Assembly: GCF_018977255.1 (NCBI RefSeq)
Contig: NW_024704742.1
Coordinates: 90,894,001-90,958,000 of the forward strand
Length of the DNA stretch: 64,000 nt
Direction: 5' to 3'
From: Callorhinchus milii
Taxonomy: Eukaryota
Within the stretch, counting starts at the first letter, position 1, and each line of letters begins with the position of its first letter. This document shows positions 38,735-52,074 of this stretch, piece after piece. Under the pieces are notes generated by a model, which saw nothing but the letters and a program-made list of their open reading frames with translations, did no database searches and had not been told where the DNA came from. Both the position numbers and the translations under genes were made by a program.

Positions 38735-41340
38735 ATATTAAATTGTTTGCCGGTAGAAATGGAGCATTTTATTTAGTATGAGTCATAGAATTCTATGTCC
38801 AGGATGGTGCTGTTTTAAAACTCAATTGTCAGGACTGCTTTCACTACCTTCTCAATCCTATGTACATCTCCGCTGCATTGCCTGTGGAGTTTTGAAGCGC
38901 TACTGAGTCTGTGTTGTGCACTTCCAAGACAGTACGCGTTGCAGTTAATCGGTCTTGCAGATTGTGTGCCAATAAAAGAGGCTCTACTGTGAATTACTGC
39001 ATGGCCAGATATGATCAATAGAAAATACACTATACATAATATACAGTAATCACAATGCGACACAATTACTGCATATAGCACAGGGAATACCACACACACA
39101 GTACAGTATAAAAGGCATGAAAGGTGCTATACAGATGTAATTTTTGTTGTACATCGGACAGGTAAGCACCCAGTGTGCAAAGCATGTACATTGTTACTGT
39201 ATATAAGCAGCAGCTGAATCGTAAAGGCACAAGTGGAATTAGTGGATAGAGGCAAATCTAGAAGACTTGAAAAGCGCTATATCAAATGCAAGGATTATTA
39301 TTATTATAAATCAGGTGAGGTGTATAGAAGAGATGTGTTGAGTAGATTAGATAGTTCCTGCCTATAGTGGATAATAGGGGTTTAGATAATCAAATGTTCA
39401 CTGCAGTGTGAATCAAATAAGGTGCAGCACAAAAAAAAACACCCTTTGTAAGTTCTGGAGACTGGAAAACATAGGACTCAAAATTGTAGCACTAAATCTA
39501 TCATATCACACGCAGCAAAAAGTGCAGATGCTTGGGAGGAAATATTCATTATAATTTATTATGTACGTGTACTGATTCCTTTCTGTATGTTCGCACGTGT
39601 TTGTGTATGTGTGTGTACGTGTTGGAACTGCAGGCTCGAGGAGAGTGTGGAACGGTTGTTCTCTTCATTGTACATTTTGCATGAGTTATTGTTTTCAGAA
39701 TATCCTAATAATGACACATGTTAAGAACTGACAGGGTGAGATAGGGTCATTCGCACTACACACAGAATCTGGTTAAACCTCAAGGAAGTGGGCCCTTCTG
39801 ACAGGAGTAGAGTGGCAAATCACACCTCAGCTAACGGTCTGGGTGGCACCAATTGACCTCCTGACACCGGGGAAGTGCAAAGTAGCCATAAACAATTGAG
39901 TATTTATTTATATGGGGGGGGGGGGGGGGAGGAGCTGGGAGAGAAATTGACTTACACTTCAGGATTTCACAGTTCCTTAAAACTTCAGGGTAATACAGAA
40001 TTCCAAATCCTTGTGAGCTTTGGGGATTACCGTGTAAGAGGAGCCCGAACATCCAAACAATCCGAATGTGGAAAAACAAAGGCAGCAGAATACATAATTA
40101 CAAACACAAAATGACCTGAATTCCCTATTTGTATTATCAGTCCGTGAGGAATTTAGAAAGTACACCAAGCATGAAGAAATCAATACGAAATATGAGTTTA
40201 CAACTTTGTCTGACATGAGGGCAAACATTTCCTGCAACCTTTGTAATTCACGAAATGACTCTTAACATATTAGCCAGTCTTGATTTAACAAATCGGAATG
40301 GTCAGGTTGACGGACAAGTTCTTTTCACAAATTGGACAATTAGTTCAAATAAATGTTCAGATTAAACAATAAAACATATGATTTCTAATGCCAAGAACAT
40401 TTTGAGTTGCTTTTATAGTCGCAGGAGAGAAGGCTGGGGTTGAAGTTTTCGGGGAACCAGCTGTTGGGGTGCAGAAGTGGCTTTAATAGGGGTGCAGGAT
40501 TGGCTGCAATTTTAAGTTTATGGTGAGAGTTGAAAGCTCTTGGAAAGAACTGTGCGAACATTAATTGCTTTGAAATAACGCTACAAATTTTTTTCTGGTT
40601 AGGGGGCATTTTGGTTCAATTTTTTAATTAAGAAGGCAGTGGGCGTGCAAAGGCAGAAGATTGTGATAATTTTCAGTCAAGAAATGCTCTCGAAAGTGTC
40701 CTGGGTAAGGGATCATATAGTTATTTGTTTTCCACATAATTACTAAGTGTGTAACCCAATGCCTTGTTTAATCCTGATAATTTCTGTGGGAATCAAGAGC
40801 ACCTTCCTTTTTATATACAGTTTCAGTGTGACCTTCCCTTTTATTTGCAGTGTCTGTGTAAGCAGGGATATGACTGCAAATGCATTATTTAAATATCCAC
40901 TAAGTGAATCCCCTCTGTATTTCTTAAAATTAAAGTGTTAAGATCTTCCACTAATTCTACCTCGGTAACCCACATCAAAAGGCAGCTTTGTTTCTCTGTC
41001 TGACTTTCATTACAAATAGAGAGACTTATGTAATTAATAGTTTGCATCGCAGATTCCTGCAGGGTTCATACTTTTCTATTTATAAGGCTGGAAAGATTGA
41101 TAATCGTTAAACATTTTATTGCACAACTGGAAGCTATAATTTGCCATATACCCCCTAATGTTTTTATTTGCGTTTACACTGTGTTTGAATCCAGCAAGAG
41201 AATGCTGCTTAGGACAAGTGAGTGCATGTTCAGCATTGTAACAAACAAAATCTGCCTTGTGAAGGTTGTTCCCTTAAAACCCATCCAAAATCGTCTTGTT
41301 TCACCAACCTACAGTTCCGCTGCCATCATGGACACAAGTT

Positions 41341-42150
41341 ATCATAGAATCATAGAATTACACAGCACAGAATGAGGCTATTCAGCCCATCGTGTCTGTG
41401 CCGGCTTTTTGAAAAGAGCTATTCAAATCAATCCCACTCCCCCGCTCTCTCCCCATAACCCTGCAAACTTGTCCTCAAATAATTATCTACTTCTCTCTTA
41501 AAAGCTGTCATCGAATCAGCTTCCACCACCCTTTCAGGCAATGCATTCCAGATCCAAACAACTCGCTGTGTGAAAAAATTTCTCCTCGCCTTCCCTCTGT
41601 TTTTTTTAACAACAACCAGTGCTTTGGGACATCCTCCCGACGTGAAAGGCATTGTGTAAATGTAATTTTGTTGTTGTATTTTGTTGTATTTTAAATCGGT
41701 GCCTCGGGTTACCGACCCACCCACCAGTGGAAGTATTTTCTCCTTGTTCACCCTATCAAATCCCCTCATAATTTTGAAAACTTCTATTAAGTCTCCTCTT
41801 AACCTTCTCTGCTCCAAGGAAAATAATCCTAGCTTCTCTAACCTCTCCTGATAACTGAGGTCCCTTATTCCTGGTACCATCCTGGTAAACCTCCTTTGCA
41901 CCCTCTCCAATGCCTTGACATCCTTCCTAAAGTGTGGTGCCCAGAACTGAACACAGTCTCTAGCTGAGGTCTAACCAGTGTTTTATAAAGGTTCATCATA
42001 ACTTCCTGACTTTTGTATTCTATGCCCCTATTTATAAAGCCTAGTATCCCGTATGCTTTTTTAACAGCCTTATCTACCTGTCCTGCCACCTTCAAAGATT
42101 TACTTATATGAATCCCCAGGTCTCTCTGTTCCTTCACCCCTTTAAGATTG
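41341..42150 (-). mobile_element. 5'-truncated CR1 LINE with a nested L2-type tail at ~41610-41690
   Basis: ORFs 41428..41910(-) and 41865..42317(-) resemble 7585..8226; (catagaat)n tail. Confidence 0.95.
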
Positions 42151-42514
42151 CTTGCAGCAAAAGGCATTCCTAACTGTGTGAAAAGGCTTGAAATGCATGA
42201 ATTTGGGGCCACTTTAAAATACTGAAGGGAGATAAACAAATTGGAGCAATTTCTTAATTCATGGCTACGTATAGGTTGCATATTCGGGATTTTATCCTTC
42301 TGCAGTTTCCATTGCAATTTTTGTTTTGAACTAATGTACAGTAAACTTAGCTATTTAAAGCCAGTTATTGGTGGTTTATTCTTTAATTTAGAGAACATCA
42401 ACAACAACTTGCATTTATGTAGCATCCTTCAAATGGGGGGAATGTCTTGATGTGCTGAAAGGATTCGGGGAGGGCAATTGCACCTTTTTCTCTAACATCA
42501 AGCATCAAATTAAG

Positions 42515-42700
42515 GACAACACAATAGAAAATAGAAACAAAATGAATAGGAAGTGGAGGAGAAATGTTTTAGTAAAAGGTTGATAATCACGTGGAACAAA
42601 CTAAGTGGTGGAGCAAGGAACTATCTCAAAAGGCTTTAAAAATAAACTGAACTAGTTCCTGGAAATTAAAAGCATTCGGCTTTATATAATAGAGAGACAT
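42515..42700 (+). mobile_element. Old CR1 3' fragment
   Basis: RRNVLVKRLIITWNKL and FKNKLN-like remnants. Confidence 0.55.
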
Positions 42701-45700
42701 GATGAAGTAAGCTTTGGGAATGGTTTGATGGCAGATGCACCAATGCCTAAAACTGTTACCACGTTACTGTGTTACAAACACAGGAAATTTGTAGAAAATC
42801 ATTCACGCAGACGTTAACTGGCAAAATGTGTAAGCATTAAGTGTTGTGAAGAGAGTTCAGAACTTGAACTGCACATAGTGTGTAGGAATTCAATAATTTC
42901 ATCAATTTGAGAGAGTGCTGTTTTGAAGAGGCGAACATTAGTATCCTGGAAAGATTGTACCAGTTGCATTCAGAACCGATTTTTTAATTATGTCCCGTTG
43001 GTATCTGTTTTGGGGCTGTCTTTCAGTCCTCTTCATGTGATGCCTTTTTATGTATAAGAGAAATCTTCAGAGAATGGCAATAATCGTTTTAATGAGCTAT
43101 TAAATTTTTTTTAGTGCTCTCCTAAGCGATAAAAAGCTTGGCCGGTCACCTCCCGATTACAGTAAATGATTTCACCTTAATGCATTATTGATTCATTTGT
43201 GTGTATGTACAATGTATTTTTGTCAATCTATAATCATATAGGAGTATGAATGTGTGGTGCATAGGGCTAAGCTTGAACTGAAATACTTCTAACGGTGAAA
43301 ACATATCCACTAAAATAAGACTAAATGTCAATTATGTCTGGAGACAAAGGGATGAATTCACCTCGACCATTTTCCTTTTTGTTTTGGAAGAATGAAATAC
43401 CAATATGGGTTTGTTTTCATTCTCTTTCTCTTGTTCTTCTTTCATGGTACATATACTTAGAAGTTGCCTTTTGCAAAATGTACCGCATGTAATAACCGTA
43501 GGCACCGGACTATATATTTTTGAGTGTAATTGATAAAAATACAGAGAGTTGATACATTTTAAAGATCAGGTAAGAAAATGTTATCAGTTCAGAATTTATG
43601 AAAATTTACCATTCGAGATCTTCTTTGAGTTTACTGAGGAAATATGATTCCAGGAAAACAATATTTAGCAAATAACATTGTTCAAGTTTATATTTTCTCA
43701 CCTATCTTAAAAAGTGCTACTGCATGTTAATTTTGATGTTAATTGTTTGCAGTAGGCTTCCTAATGTTGCTTCTAGTGCTGCCTGCACACACTTATTCAA
43801 AGGCACCGCAGTGTAAAATGTCTGTGCCCAGATGTGTATGATTGCTGCAGAGCTGGATGCTGCCAGTGGATTTGTATTGTTCCCTTCTTAGGATAAATTA
43901 TCTCTATATCCTGATCAGAAATACTTGTCTTCTGGCTCCATGGTTCAACTAATATTGTCAATTTTGCTGATGGGATATGGTAAAACGCTGCATACTGACT
44001 TTTTTAAAAATACACTTTCTAGATTTACAAAAGAAGCCTATCTTGTACAGTTAATCATTTCCTCACAATAAAATTTACACTAATTGAACATGGCCTAATA
44101 TGTTTACTACAGTATTTCCCTTACCATTAGATGTCTGGTCACTGCTTACCCCAAATGAATGGGCACCTCCTTCCTCCAAATCAAAGAACATTCTCTTAGT
44201 CGATCAGCGTGTGATTAGCTCCCCAGCAAGGTTGAAAAATAACATCACTTGAATAGTTCAACAGTGTCTGACCTGTCAACATCACAGGGAAGTGTGGAAA
44301 TACAATGGCGGTTTAAAAATTATTTTTAGGAGATTTAACATCAACAAGTTGCATTTAGATAGCGCCCTTCACGTAAAAGAAACGTTTCAAAGCTTTTTAC
44401 AGAATGAAATTAATTAGAAATGAATCGTGTGTTGTGCAAGCAATCACAGCAGTTTGTTTGAGTTGTACAATGAGAGCACAGAAATGTTCTTATTCTCTGA
44501 ACACAGTGAACATGCAAAAAGATTTTGTGAACTAAACAAGAATATATTGTTGTGAAAATATCCAGGTATAAATAAATATTCACACATTTCATCTTATAAT
44601 TTTACTTTTGAATTAATCGGAGGGTGAGAATTTAAAAGCTGTATTTTTCTCGAAAACTACCCTGTTTATCCCAATCTTACTAGTAAGAGAGTAAACCTTA
44701 ACAATTGTGTTTCATTTAGCATATTATCACATTATCAAGATGTTTCAAAGCGTTTTACTATAGAGTGTAGTGACTGTCTATTTTGTAGGCTATGATAACA
44801 TTGGAGATCAAGAAACTAATTTGATATATTTTTGTCAATAATACCAATAATTTTAAACCTCATGTTTAAAAAAAGGCTAATAAAGTCCAATCAAACAGCA
44901 GACTATGTCTCGACACAATTGGAATAACATTCTGGTAATAAATCTAATAATTATTCATTCCTGCATTGAACTTTATTAATTGCAAAATGGTTGATGAGTG
45001 ATCAAATGTATCAGTACCGACCTTGGCTATTAGCAAAGTGGTCCTTGTCGATAGCCTATTGACAGTGGGGAAGTGATGCAGTGTCTGGATGCTTGTGGTT
45101 ACGAAAGTAGTTCATCCTGCAGGTGTGCTCTTGAGACTCTGGCTGATTTGCGTCAGATGATTTTGTAACCGTGGAAGTGATGCTAGGCATGGCCTTGTGT
45201 TTGTTTTGGTGTTCATCGGCAGTACTTTCAGTTTTAAAGTGCATTTATTGTAGTATGCGTTATAAACAGACTTTCTGCTCGAAATGAAAGAGAATAAAAA
45301 AATCATTTCTTTCATTTACCAGAAAGTGCATAATCCAAAATGCCCACAGATTTTGTCTTCCCAGAATCACCTTTATATACATTCCCTGGCCCATTTCTCA
45401 GTGGGTAAACATATTGTTCATCTATCTACTTACACCCTTCATTTAGTTCTCTATATACACACACATCCTCTGCTGTTTGTATCCTCTGTCTTTGTGGTTG
45501 TAAAATGTGCATCCCCTTCCCGTCAGACCTGACCCAGACCAGTGCTCCTTGTTCCTTGGCTGATTGGAGACATGCTCTGCTGGCATTGCGTGATATGAAA
45601 GTGTTGGGGACACTCCAGCTGTGTTGAATATCCTTTGTGTAGACCAACAAACTGGCGCAGTCTATTGTCAGTGACTAGAGAGTCCTGAAGGTCTCAGAAG

Positions 45701-46796
45701 AGCAGTGTGGTTTACTCACTACCCAAGACAAGTAATATGTAGTCTTTTCAATTATAGTGTTTGTTTAACCTTTTCATTTCTGATTCATAATTCATTATTC
45801 TAAGAATCTTGACCAGGCATTGAATTTTTTTGGGGGTGGGGGGGAATCAGAGACACAGGTAGGGTAGGGGAGCACATGTTCTCAGCCTTAAGGACATTGT
45901 TTTAACATTTTCAATTAATATTGTCTTAATATTGAAGCCGACTTTCCACAGTTCTTTTTGGCACTATGAAGATTTGTGGATCCCTGGCATTTAATTTCCT
46001 GGTGGTATTTTCAATCTTTTGATTAAAGAGAGTTCTTGGGAGTATTTCTGTATGGCTCAGATCCCAGACTCTGCTGGTCAGTGCGTATACACTGTCTCGG
46101 TTTATTCTCTTTTTTTCTAGTCATTGCCCTTTGCCTCTGGGTGCCGCAGATTGATAATAACTGTTTGGCTCATTTATTGGATGAAATAAAAGACGAGTTC
46201 AGACCAATTCATTGGCACAGAGTAAATGCAAGTTTGGAAGAGCCCAGTAATAATAGATGATGCATAACTCTGACTAGCAAGATTTTCATGCAATGTTTAA
46301 CTACCAAACAGTCAGCAGATGTTGCCCACAAACTGGAGCCTTTCAGAGAATCTAATCTGCTAGATACACAGAGAGTTCTTATCTTTCAGTCCTAACGTTT
46401 GATTGATAGAAAGCTTCTGTGCAAGCCTGCAATGTACTGTCTGTCCAGTTCTGAGTCAGATCAGGGACAGGAACAGTGAGATACACAATCCAGGTCAGGG
46501 CATGTTACCATCGGTTCCGTTTGCTTTACAATCCGAGTCCTCAACTTGGAGCTCTGTTTGTACAGTTTCATATATTAAAAAAAGGTGACAAATGTCTCTC
46601 AATGACTGCAATGTGATATACAATCGGAGTTTTGAGATCTTTGAATTTACCAGGAAATTGTAAGTCCAGGAAACACTATTTAGCAAATAGCTAAGATTCT
46701 AAATACTACTGTGCACTTTCCTGTATAGTGCCTGTCCATTTGAGCAACTGATGTAGCTAAAACTACATGGACATGAACCTTTTATTTATTCAAAAC

Positions 46797-46979
46797 AAAT
46801 TTGGCCACTCGATCCATCCATGACTGTTTGTGGGACACTGCTGTGCACAACTGGCTTCTGCGTTTCACCCACATAATATACAGTCCAGTCACTTTACAAT
46901 ATATTCTGTGAAGCACTTTGAGATGTCTCAACAACGTGATAATGCGCCGTATCAAATGCAAGGATTATTATTATTATTA
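46797..46979 (+). mobile_element. SINE 3' half immediately upstream of the BNC2 exon branch point
   Basis: gactgtttgtgggacactgctgtg...tcaaatgcaaggattattattattatta. Confidence 0.9.
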
Positions 46980-47014
46980 ATCTGACAATCTCCTTTTTCC
47001 CCTCTCTCTTTTAG

Positions 47015-47117
47015 GCCATCCGCTGCACTCTGGTAAATTGCACTTGTGAATGTTTCCAGCCGGGGAAGATAAACCTGCGGACCTGTGACCAGTGCAAACA
47101 TGGCTGGGTGGCTCACG
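47015..47117 (+). CDS. BNC2: Basonuclin-2 internal coding exon (103 nt, phase 0 to phase 1): [34 protein letters not shown]
   Basis: Manual translation (not in the ORF track). Preceded by ctgac branch-like motif and a polypyrimidine tract ending ttttAG; followed by GTAAGT. Peptide matches the Cys/His-rich N-terminal region of BNC2 as I recall it; BNC1 reads AISCTLNCSCQSF here. Confidence 0.96.
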
Positions 47118-47179
47118 GTAAGTGAGAGAGGAAAGGGTGTCCTGGAATAAGGTATTAACAAGTATTACACTAAGTCTGC

Positions 47180-47309
47180 ACTTTGCATCCTTTTCACCCA
47201 CAAAATATACAGTCAATTCACCTTACAGTATATTCTGTGAAGCGCTTTGAGACGTCTCGAAGACGTGATAAGCCGCTATATCAAATGCAAGGACTATTAT
47301 TTTTATTAT
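47180..47309 (+). mobile_element. SINE 3' fragment just downstream of the BNC2 exon donor
   Basis: tttcacccacaaaatatacagtcaattcac...tcaaatgcaaggactattat. Confidence 0.9.
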
Positions 47310-47604
47310 ATTTTCATTTCTGAATCAAACTTTTTAAATCATTCTATAAATTTACAATCGGAGTTTCAAGATCGTTGAATTTAGCAGGGAATTGAAAGTC
47401 CACTTCAGCAACTTTTACTTACTGTCTGAGGCTGTACGATTATGTAAAAGTACATCACAAGCCATTTAACAAAGATCACAGTGAACATTGAGCTAGGATT
47501 ATTATTATTATTTTACCCCATATTTGGGTGAAATTTGCAGCATCTCATGACAATAAATGTCACAAGGAAAGTGTGTTGTATTGTTGCTTACGAGTCCTCA
47601 GCCT

Positions 47605-47890
47605 TGTCAGCTTTGAGACGTTTCAGTGATGTGATAAAGGTCTATATCAATTGCAAGGATTATTATTATTATTATTATAAGCATTTCACAATCTGTAACT
47701 GCAGGACTTGAGGCTCACAATATACCTGATGCTCCAGTGCAGTGATCGGGAAGCATTGCACTTTCAGAGGTGCTGCCTTTTGTATAACATTAAACCGAGG
47801 AGGTCCCTTCTGCCCGTTAAGATGGACGTTAAAGTTCCCATGACATAGTCAAAGAGAGAGAATAGAGTTCCTCTCTGTGCACAGCCCAAC
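47605..47890 (+). mobile_element. SINE tail (47605-47678) followed by an old type A core
   Basis: gcaaggattattattatt, then cattaaaccgagg...gatggacgttaaagttcccatg. Confidence 0.75.
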
Positions 47891-49519
47891 ATCGGAGGAG
47901 GGGGAGAAACTATTTAAAAAAAACAGATGTTTTGTGTCTGTGTCTGATGCTTTATATTTCAAATTTTCCAGACAGTCCACCCAGTAGCTGGGTGTCTGTC
48001 TGAAAAGACTTGATGGTGATGGTAGTCCTCGCTCAGATTAATCACCTTTTCATTAACCTTTTCAAGAAGCCAAGTTCTCATCAAGTGCAGCCCCATTACG
48101 CTGTAGCTTTGAGACACAGAGCACAAGTCACTTCTGGCTGGGGTCACATGCTGCTGGTTCTACAATCAACAGGACTCCTTTCATCAGACAAGCCACATTT
48201 ATTCTTCCTTTCATGATTTTTAGACAATAACCTTTCAAGACCTCTTTTTTCCATGATAAATATAAGAAACTTAAAAAGAAACACCTGTTTGTCTTGTCTT
48301 GTAGGTGGGATTTGGCCAGTTCAGGCATGGCTGACCCGAGCAAGCCAAGAGCCATTGCTACAAAACCACATTACCTGTCAAAGAGAGAGTGAGAGGAGTG
48401 TTTGTGGTGGGGGATAGAGAAAGAGAGAGAGAGAGAGATGCCTGAAGAAATATTTTTCATGTTAACGTTGGCAGCCTCTCTGACAAGTACTTCTTCATTT
48501 TTATTATGCTCATGTCTGGCAGAATGTGTGTCAGACAAATCTCGTCAGCAGCAAACCTGTCGTAGGATCAGAGGAGACAAAAACAGGTGTCACATCCACG
48601 GTCAAAACTCCAAAAGATTAGCAAAGGAGAAACGTCAGACAATTACATTAATGCTGCCGCTTTTATCTGGAGATGTTATTATCTGTAGGTGCTGACTGCT
48701 GCGCGATTGCCTCAAAGAACATAAGGCAGCAGACAAAGGAAACTTGATAGTTATTGAATAAAATAAAGGCAGTGTGCGGAGATAGGTTTAGGCTTTTAAA
48801 ATTTGGAGTGAAAGTTGCAGAAGAGCACATCTTAGCAGCATCATGCTCGTGGCTATGAGAATCAGCAGAAATCTGAAGTGTCATTTGGAATAAGATAACT
48901 GGAAACTCTGATAAAAGTTTCCTTTTTAATGTGATTTTAATTTATTCTGTGTACATGATCTGTCCGAGATAACGGTTGTTATCGCATTGTAGTGAAGATA
49001 AATTGATTATCACACATTAGCAGACAGCTCCATCACTTCCAATCACTATATAGCCCTTGCCAAAAATTAGCTTAATTCCCCTATTTTTGTAATTGTTTTA
49101 ATTGTGAACAGTCTATGCAACATCAAAGGGTGCACCAGGCTCTCCAGCAGTAACGGTTGATGACACATTAATTTGGAGTTACCCGTTTCTAAAATAAATT
49201 TAGATCATTGATATATACACATTTCTGTTCGCAAGACACCCTCAGTGAAGTAAAAAAAATTATCCAGTAAATGAAAGTCCAGCTTTGAAAGAATCTAAGT
49301 GACATGTTTGAATTCCTGTTAAGGAAACAAACTCTTTAAATTAGGTTGAATTATCATCGAGCAGAAATGTCTTCCATGAGTAGTTAGTGCAGTGAGATAT
49401 CCAAAAGGAATTATGCACTTTCATAGTCAATGAAGGATATTTTAAGGAAGATCATGTAAGGCTCACAATTTTCTTTTCATTTTCGTTCTGTACCTGATCA
49501 TTACGATCCCTGTGGGTCA

Positions 49520-49949
49520 GCAAGGTGCAGTGGTAGTCCTCTCGCCTCTGAGTCATAAGGTTGTGGGTTCAGGGACTTGGAATCACATTGTCTAAGATGA
49601 CACTCCAATGCAGTGCTGGGGATGTGTTGCATTTAGTATGCCATCCTTCGGATGACATACTAAATTTAGGTCCCATCTGCCTGTTCAGGTCGATGAGAGA
49701 GATCCCATGGCACTATTCAAAAAGAGAAGGGAGTTTCTCTCTCCCAGGGTCCTGGGCAACAATCACCCAAATAAAATGTGTCACTTGCTCCATGGCTGTT
49801 TGTGGGACATTGCTGTGTGTAATTAGCTGCTGGATTTCACTCACAAAGTACAGTCAATTCACTTTACAGTATATTTTGTGAAGCGATTTGAGACTTCTCA
49901 ACTCGCGATAAGATGTTCTGTCAAATGCAAGGATTATTATTATTATTAT
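49520..49949 (+). mobile_element. Full-length type A (Deu-type) SINE
   Basis: tRNA-like head cagtggtagtcctctcgcctctgagtcataaggttgtgggttc, core, body and (ATT)n tail. Confidence 0.92.
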
Positions 49950-50891
49950 AATATGCAGATTGTGTGGGGCTGAGCTATTAGACTGTGCTCCTTATGTTTG
50001 CTGAAAGGAGGAAGAAGTCCACCTCAGTGTATCCATACTGCTCACCTCACTGACGGTGGACACCAACAAATGAGTCGGGAGTACCCTCTGCAGGAGGAAG
50101 TGCACAAAGAGCATATTAGTTGTCCTGTAAAGCTCTCTGATCATTAGCTTACATAGCGTTACATAGTGATATGCCATGGAAACAGGGTCCAACCAGTTTG
50201 TGCGGATGTTCATACTCTACACAAAGCACATCCTAATCCATTTCCTATACCTCTCTATTCACTTCTTCCTCAAGTGCACAAGTTTTTTCTGAAATACATG
50301 GAAGCTTGGCATGACGATGCTTACAGGTGATGGATTGCATTTTTGCATTGTGTTGTATATGATTAGCTCTTTCTTTCACACAACCTTAAAACCTCCGGCT
50401 GATTTCAGAAGAGCTTGAATCCCACTCCCACCCCCTACTCCGTTGGTGAGCATCAAAAGCTCTAATGAGATTGCTTAGCGCTGGAGGGGGTTTACTTGTC
50501 ACCTCACAAGTTTTGTTACCTGCACAGCTTTTCTTTTGTAATGGAGACAGGTTGGCAGTGTCAAGGTGCCACTAACAGCAATGTGGCTATTTAGTTTATA
50601 ATTTAAATAATCCCCAACTTCCCCTTCCCAAAGATTCTGTTCTGACTCCTGAGCCCCAACTTTGTCACAGTCCCCTAAGCCGTGTCCCACCTCCACTGCT
50701 CGATTCTGCTGTGTTCTTGTGATGCTGCTCACAGGTTCAGCTAAGAGGGATTGTGGGAACCCATTAAACTTCCCTACTCTGTTTGCAGGGAGGGTAGACG
50801 GGTGACCCGAAGCACCCATTACAAGCAGTAAATTAGAACGATTTCCGTTGGTGCATAGAGATACCACAGACACAGAGAAAGAGAAATTCAG

Positions 50892-51090
50892 ACCCTGATC
50901 CTATCCTCACTCGGCATTCACGTGTAGGTTTTGCAAAAGCAGGAACTCCAGTTGCTTTTCCCCACCTTAACTAATGGGCATCAGGCCAATTGTGCCACCC
51001 CATTTGCTGCCCCAGCTGAGATCACTTCACTCAGCATAGGCCAGGGGTTAAACCTGTGATTTTGTGGCCCATACAGCCCAGTAGTCCACT
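50892..51090 (-). mobile_element. Ancient SINE-like element of a third family
   Basis: Reverse strand tgctgagtgaagtgatctcagctggggcagc...cacaattggcct...gtgaggataggatcagg; related to 58740-58945 (gaggacaggatagggctcggctg). Confidence 0.6.
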
Positions 51091-51654
51091 GGAGGAGAAG
51101 AAGAGGAGGTACCTTCCTTATTGGCTCCATCTCTTTAAGAGCTACATTTCTTTCCATAAGAGAAAGCATCAACCTCTAGTATTGTAGTCACGTTACTGGG
51201 AACGATTTCCACTCTTTACACCATGTAATTATAACACTTTTTCTCCGGGTCAGCCCCATGACTGTGGATGTTCATAAGTGTTCACACACCCCAAAGGAAG
51301 TTTCTTTACTTTTCATTGAGTGAACCTGTAACCTAATATTGTGGCCCCAGCAGAGTACTTTAAACATATATAATACAATATTGCAACAGTTTCTGCGTAA
51401 ACAGCGGTATCAAATTCAAATAAACACTTCATTTGTGGATACAGTAAAAGTCATAAGAGTAAAGACATTCAAGTAGATTGCAGTAATTTTATCCGGTGCA
51501 AAAGTTCATTTGATTCAATCTTACGCTTTTCCAAAAAAGGGGATTATATATCAGGACAAATGTCTATCCAGGAGCTGACATACAAAAGTACTCACACAGT
51601 GATGTGTCTTGCCACTGAATGAGATTCAGTTTTGTTTTTATCAGTTCCTCTAAT

Positions 51655-52074
51655 AGTCGACCTGGCTCAGTTGGTGATATTCCCAGCTCTGAGTTATAAG
51701 GTTATGGGTTCAAGCTCCATGTTGGGATTTTGAGCTCATCGTCTAGGCTGACATTCCAATGCAGTAATGGGGATGTGCTACATTATTGAAGGAGCTGTCC
51801 TTTGGATGATGAGTTAAAGCAAATATTTAAGTGCATGTGAAAGATCCCATGGTGGTATTCAAAAAGAGATGGGAGTTAATGTTGCTGTCCTGGCCAATAA
51901 TCCCCCCCCTTCTCCCCACTTCATTTCATGGTTGTTTGTCAGACATTGCTGTGTGTAAATTGGCTGCTGCAATCACCTCCAAAAATACACGGTCACTACA
52001 CTTTACAGTAAAACCTGTTTAGTATTATGGTGATATAATGAAACACTATATCAAATTCGAGCTTTAATATTATT
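51655..52074 (+). mobile_element. Full-length diverged type A SINE
   Basis: tggctcagttggtg...gggttcaagctcc head, aaagatcccatgg core, 3' body. Confidence 0.88.

Noticed and set aside
45527..45731. Exon-like segment after ccccttcccgtcAG
   Set aside because: The phase-0 frame stops immediately, the longer frame stops before a weak donor, and there is no recognisable homology.
1..47014. Upstream BNC2 exons or a nested gene
   Set aside because: No ORF with recognisable non-transposon homology or convincing paired splice sites; short alternative exons cannot be excluded without RNA data.
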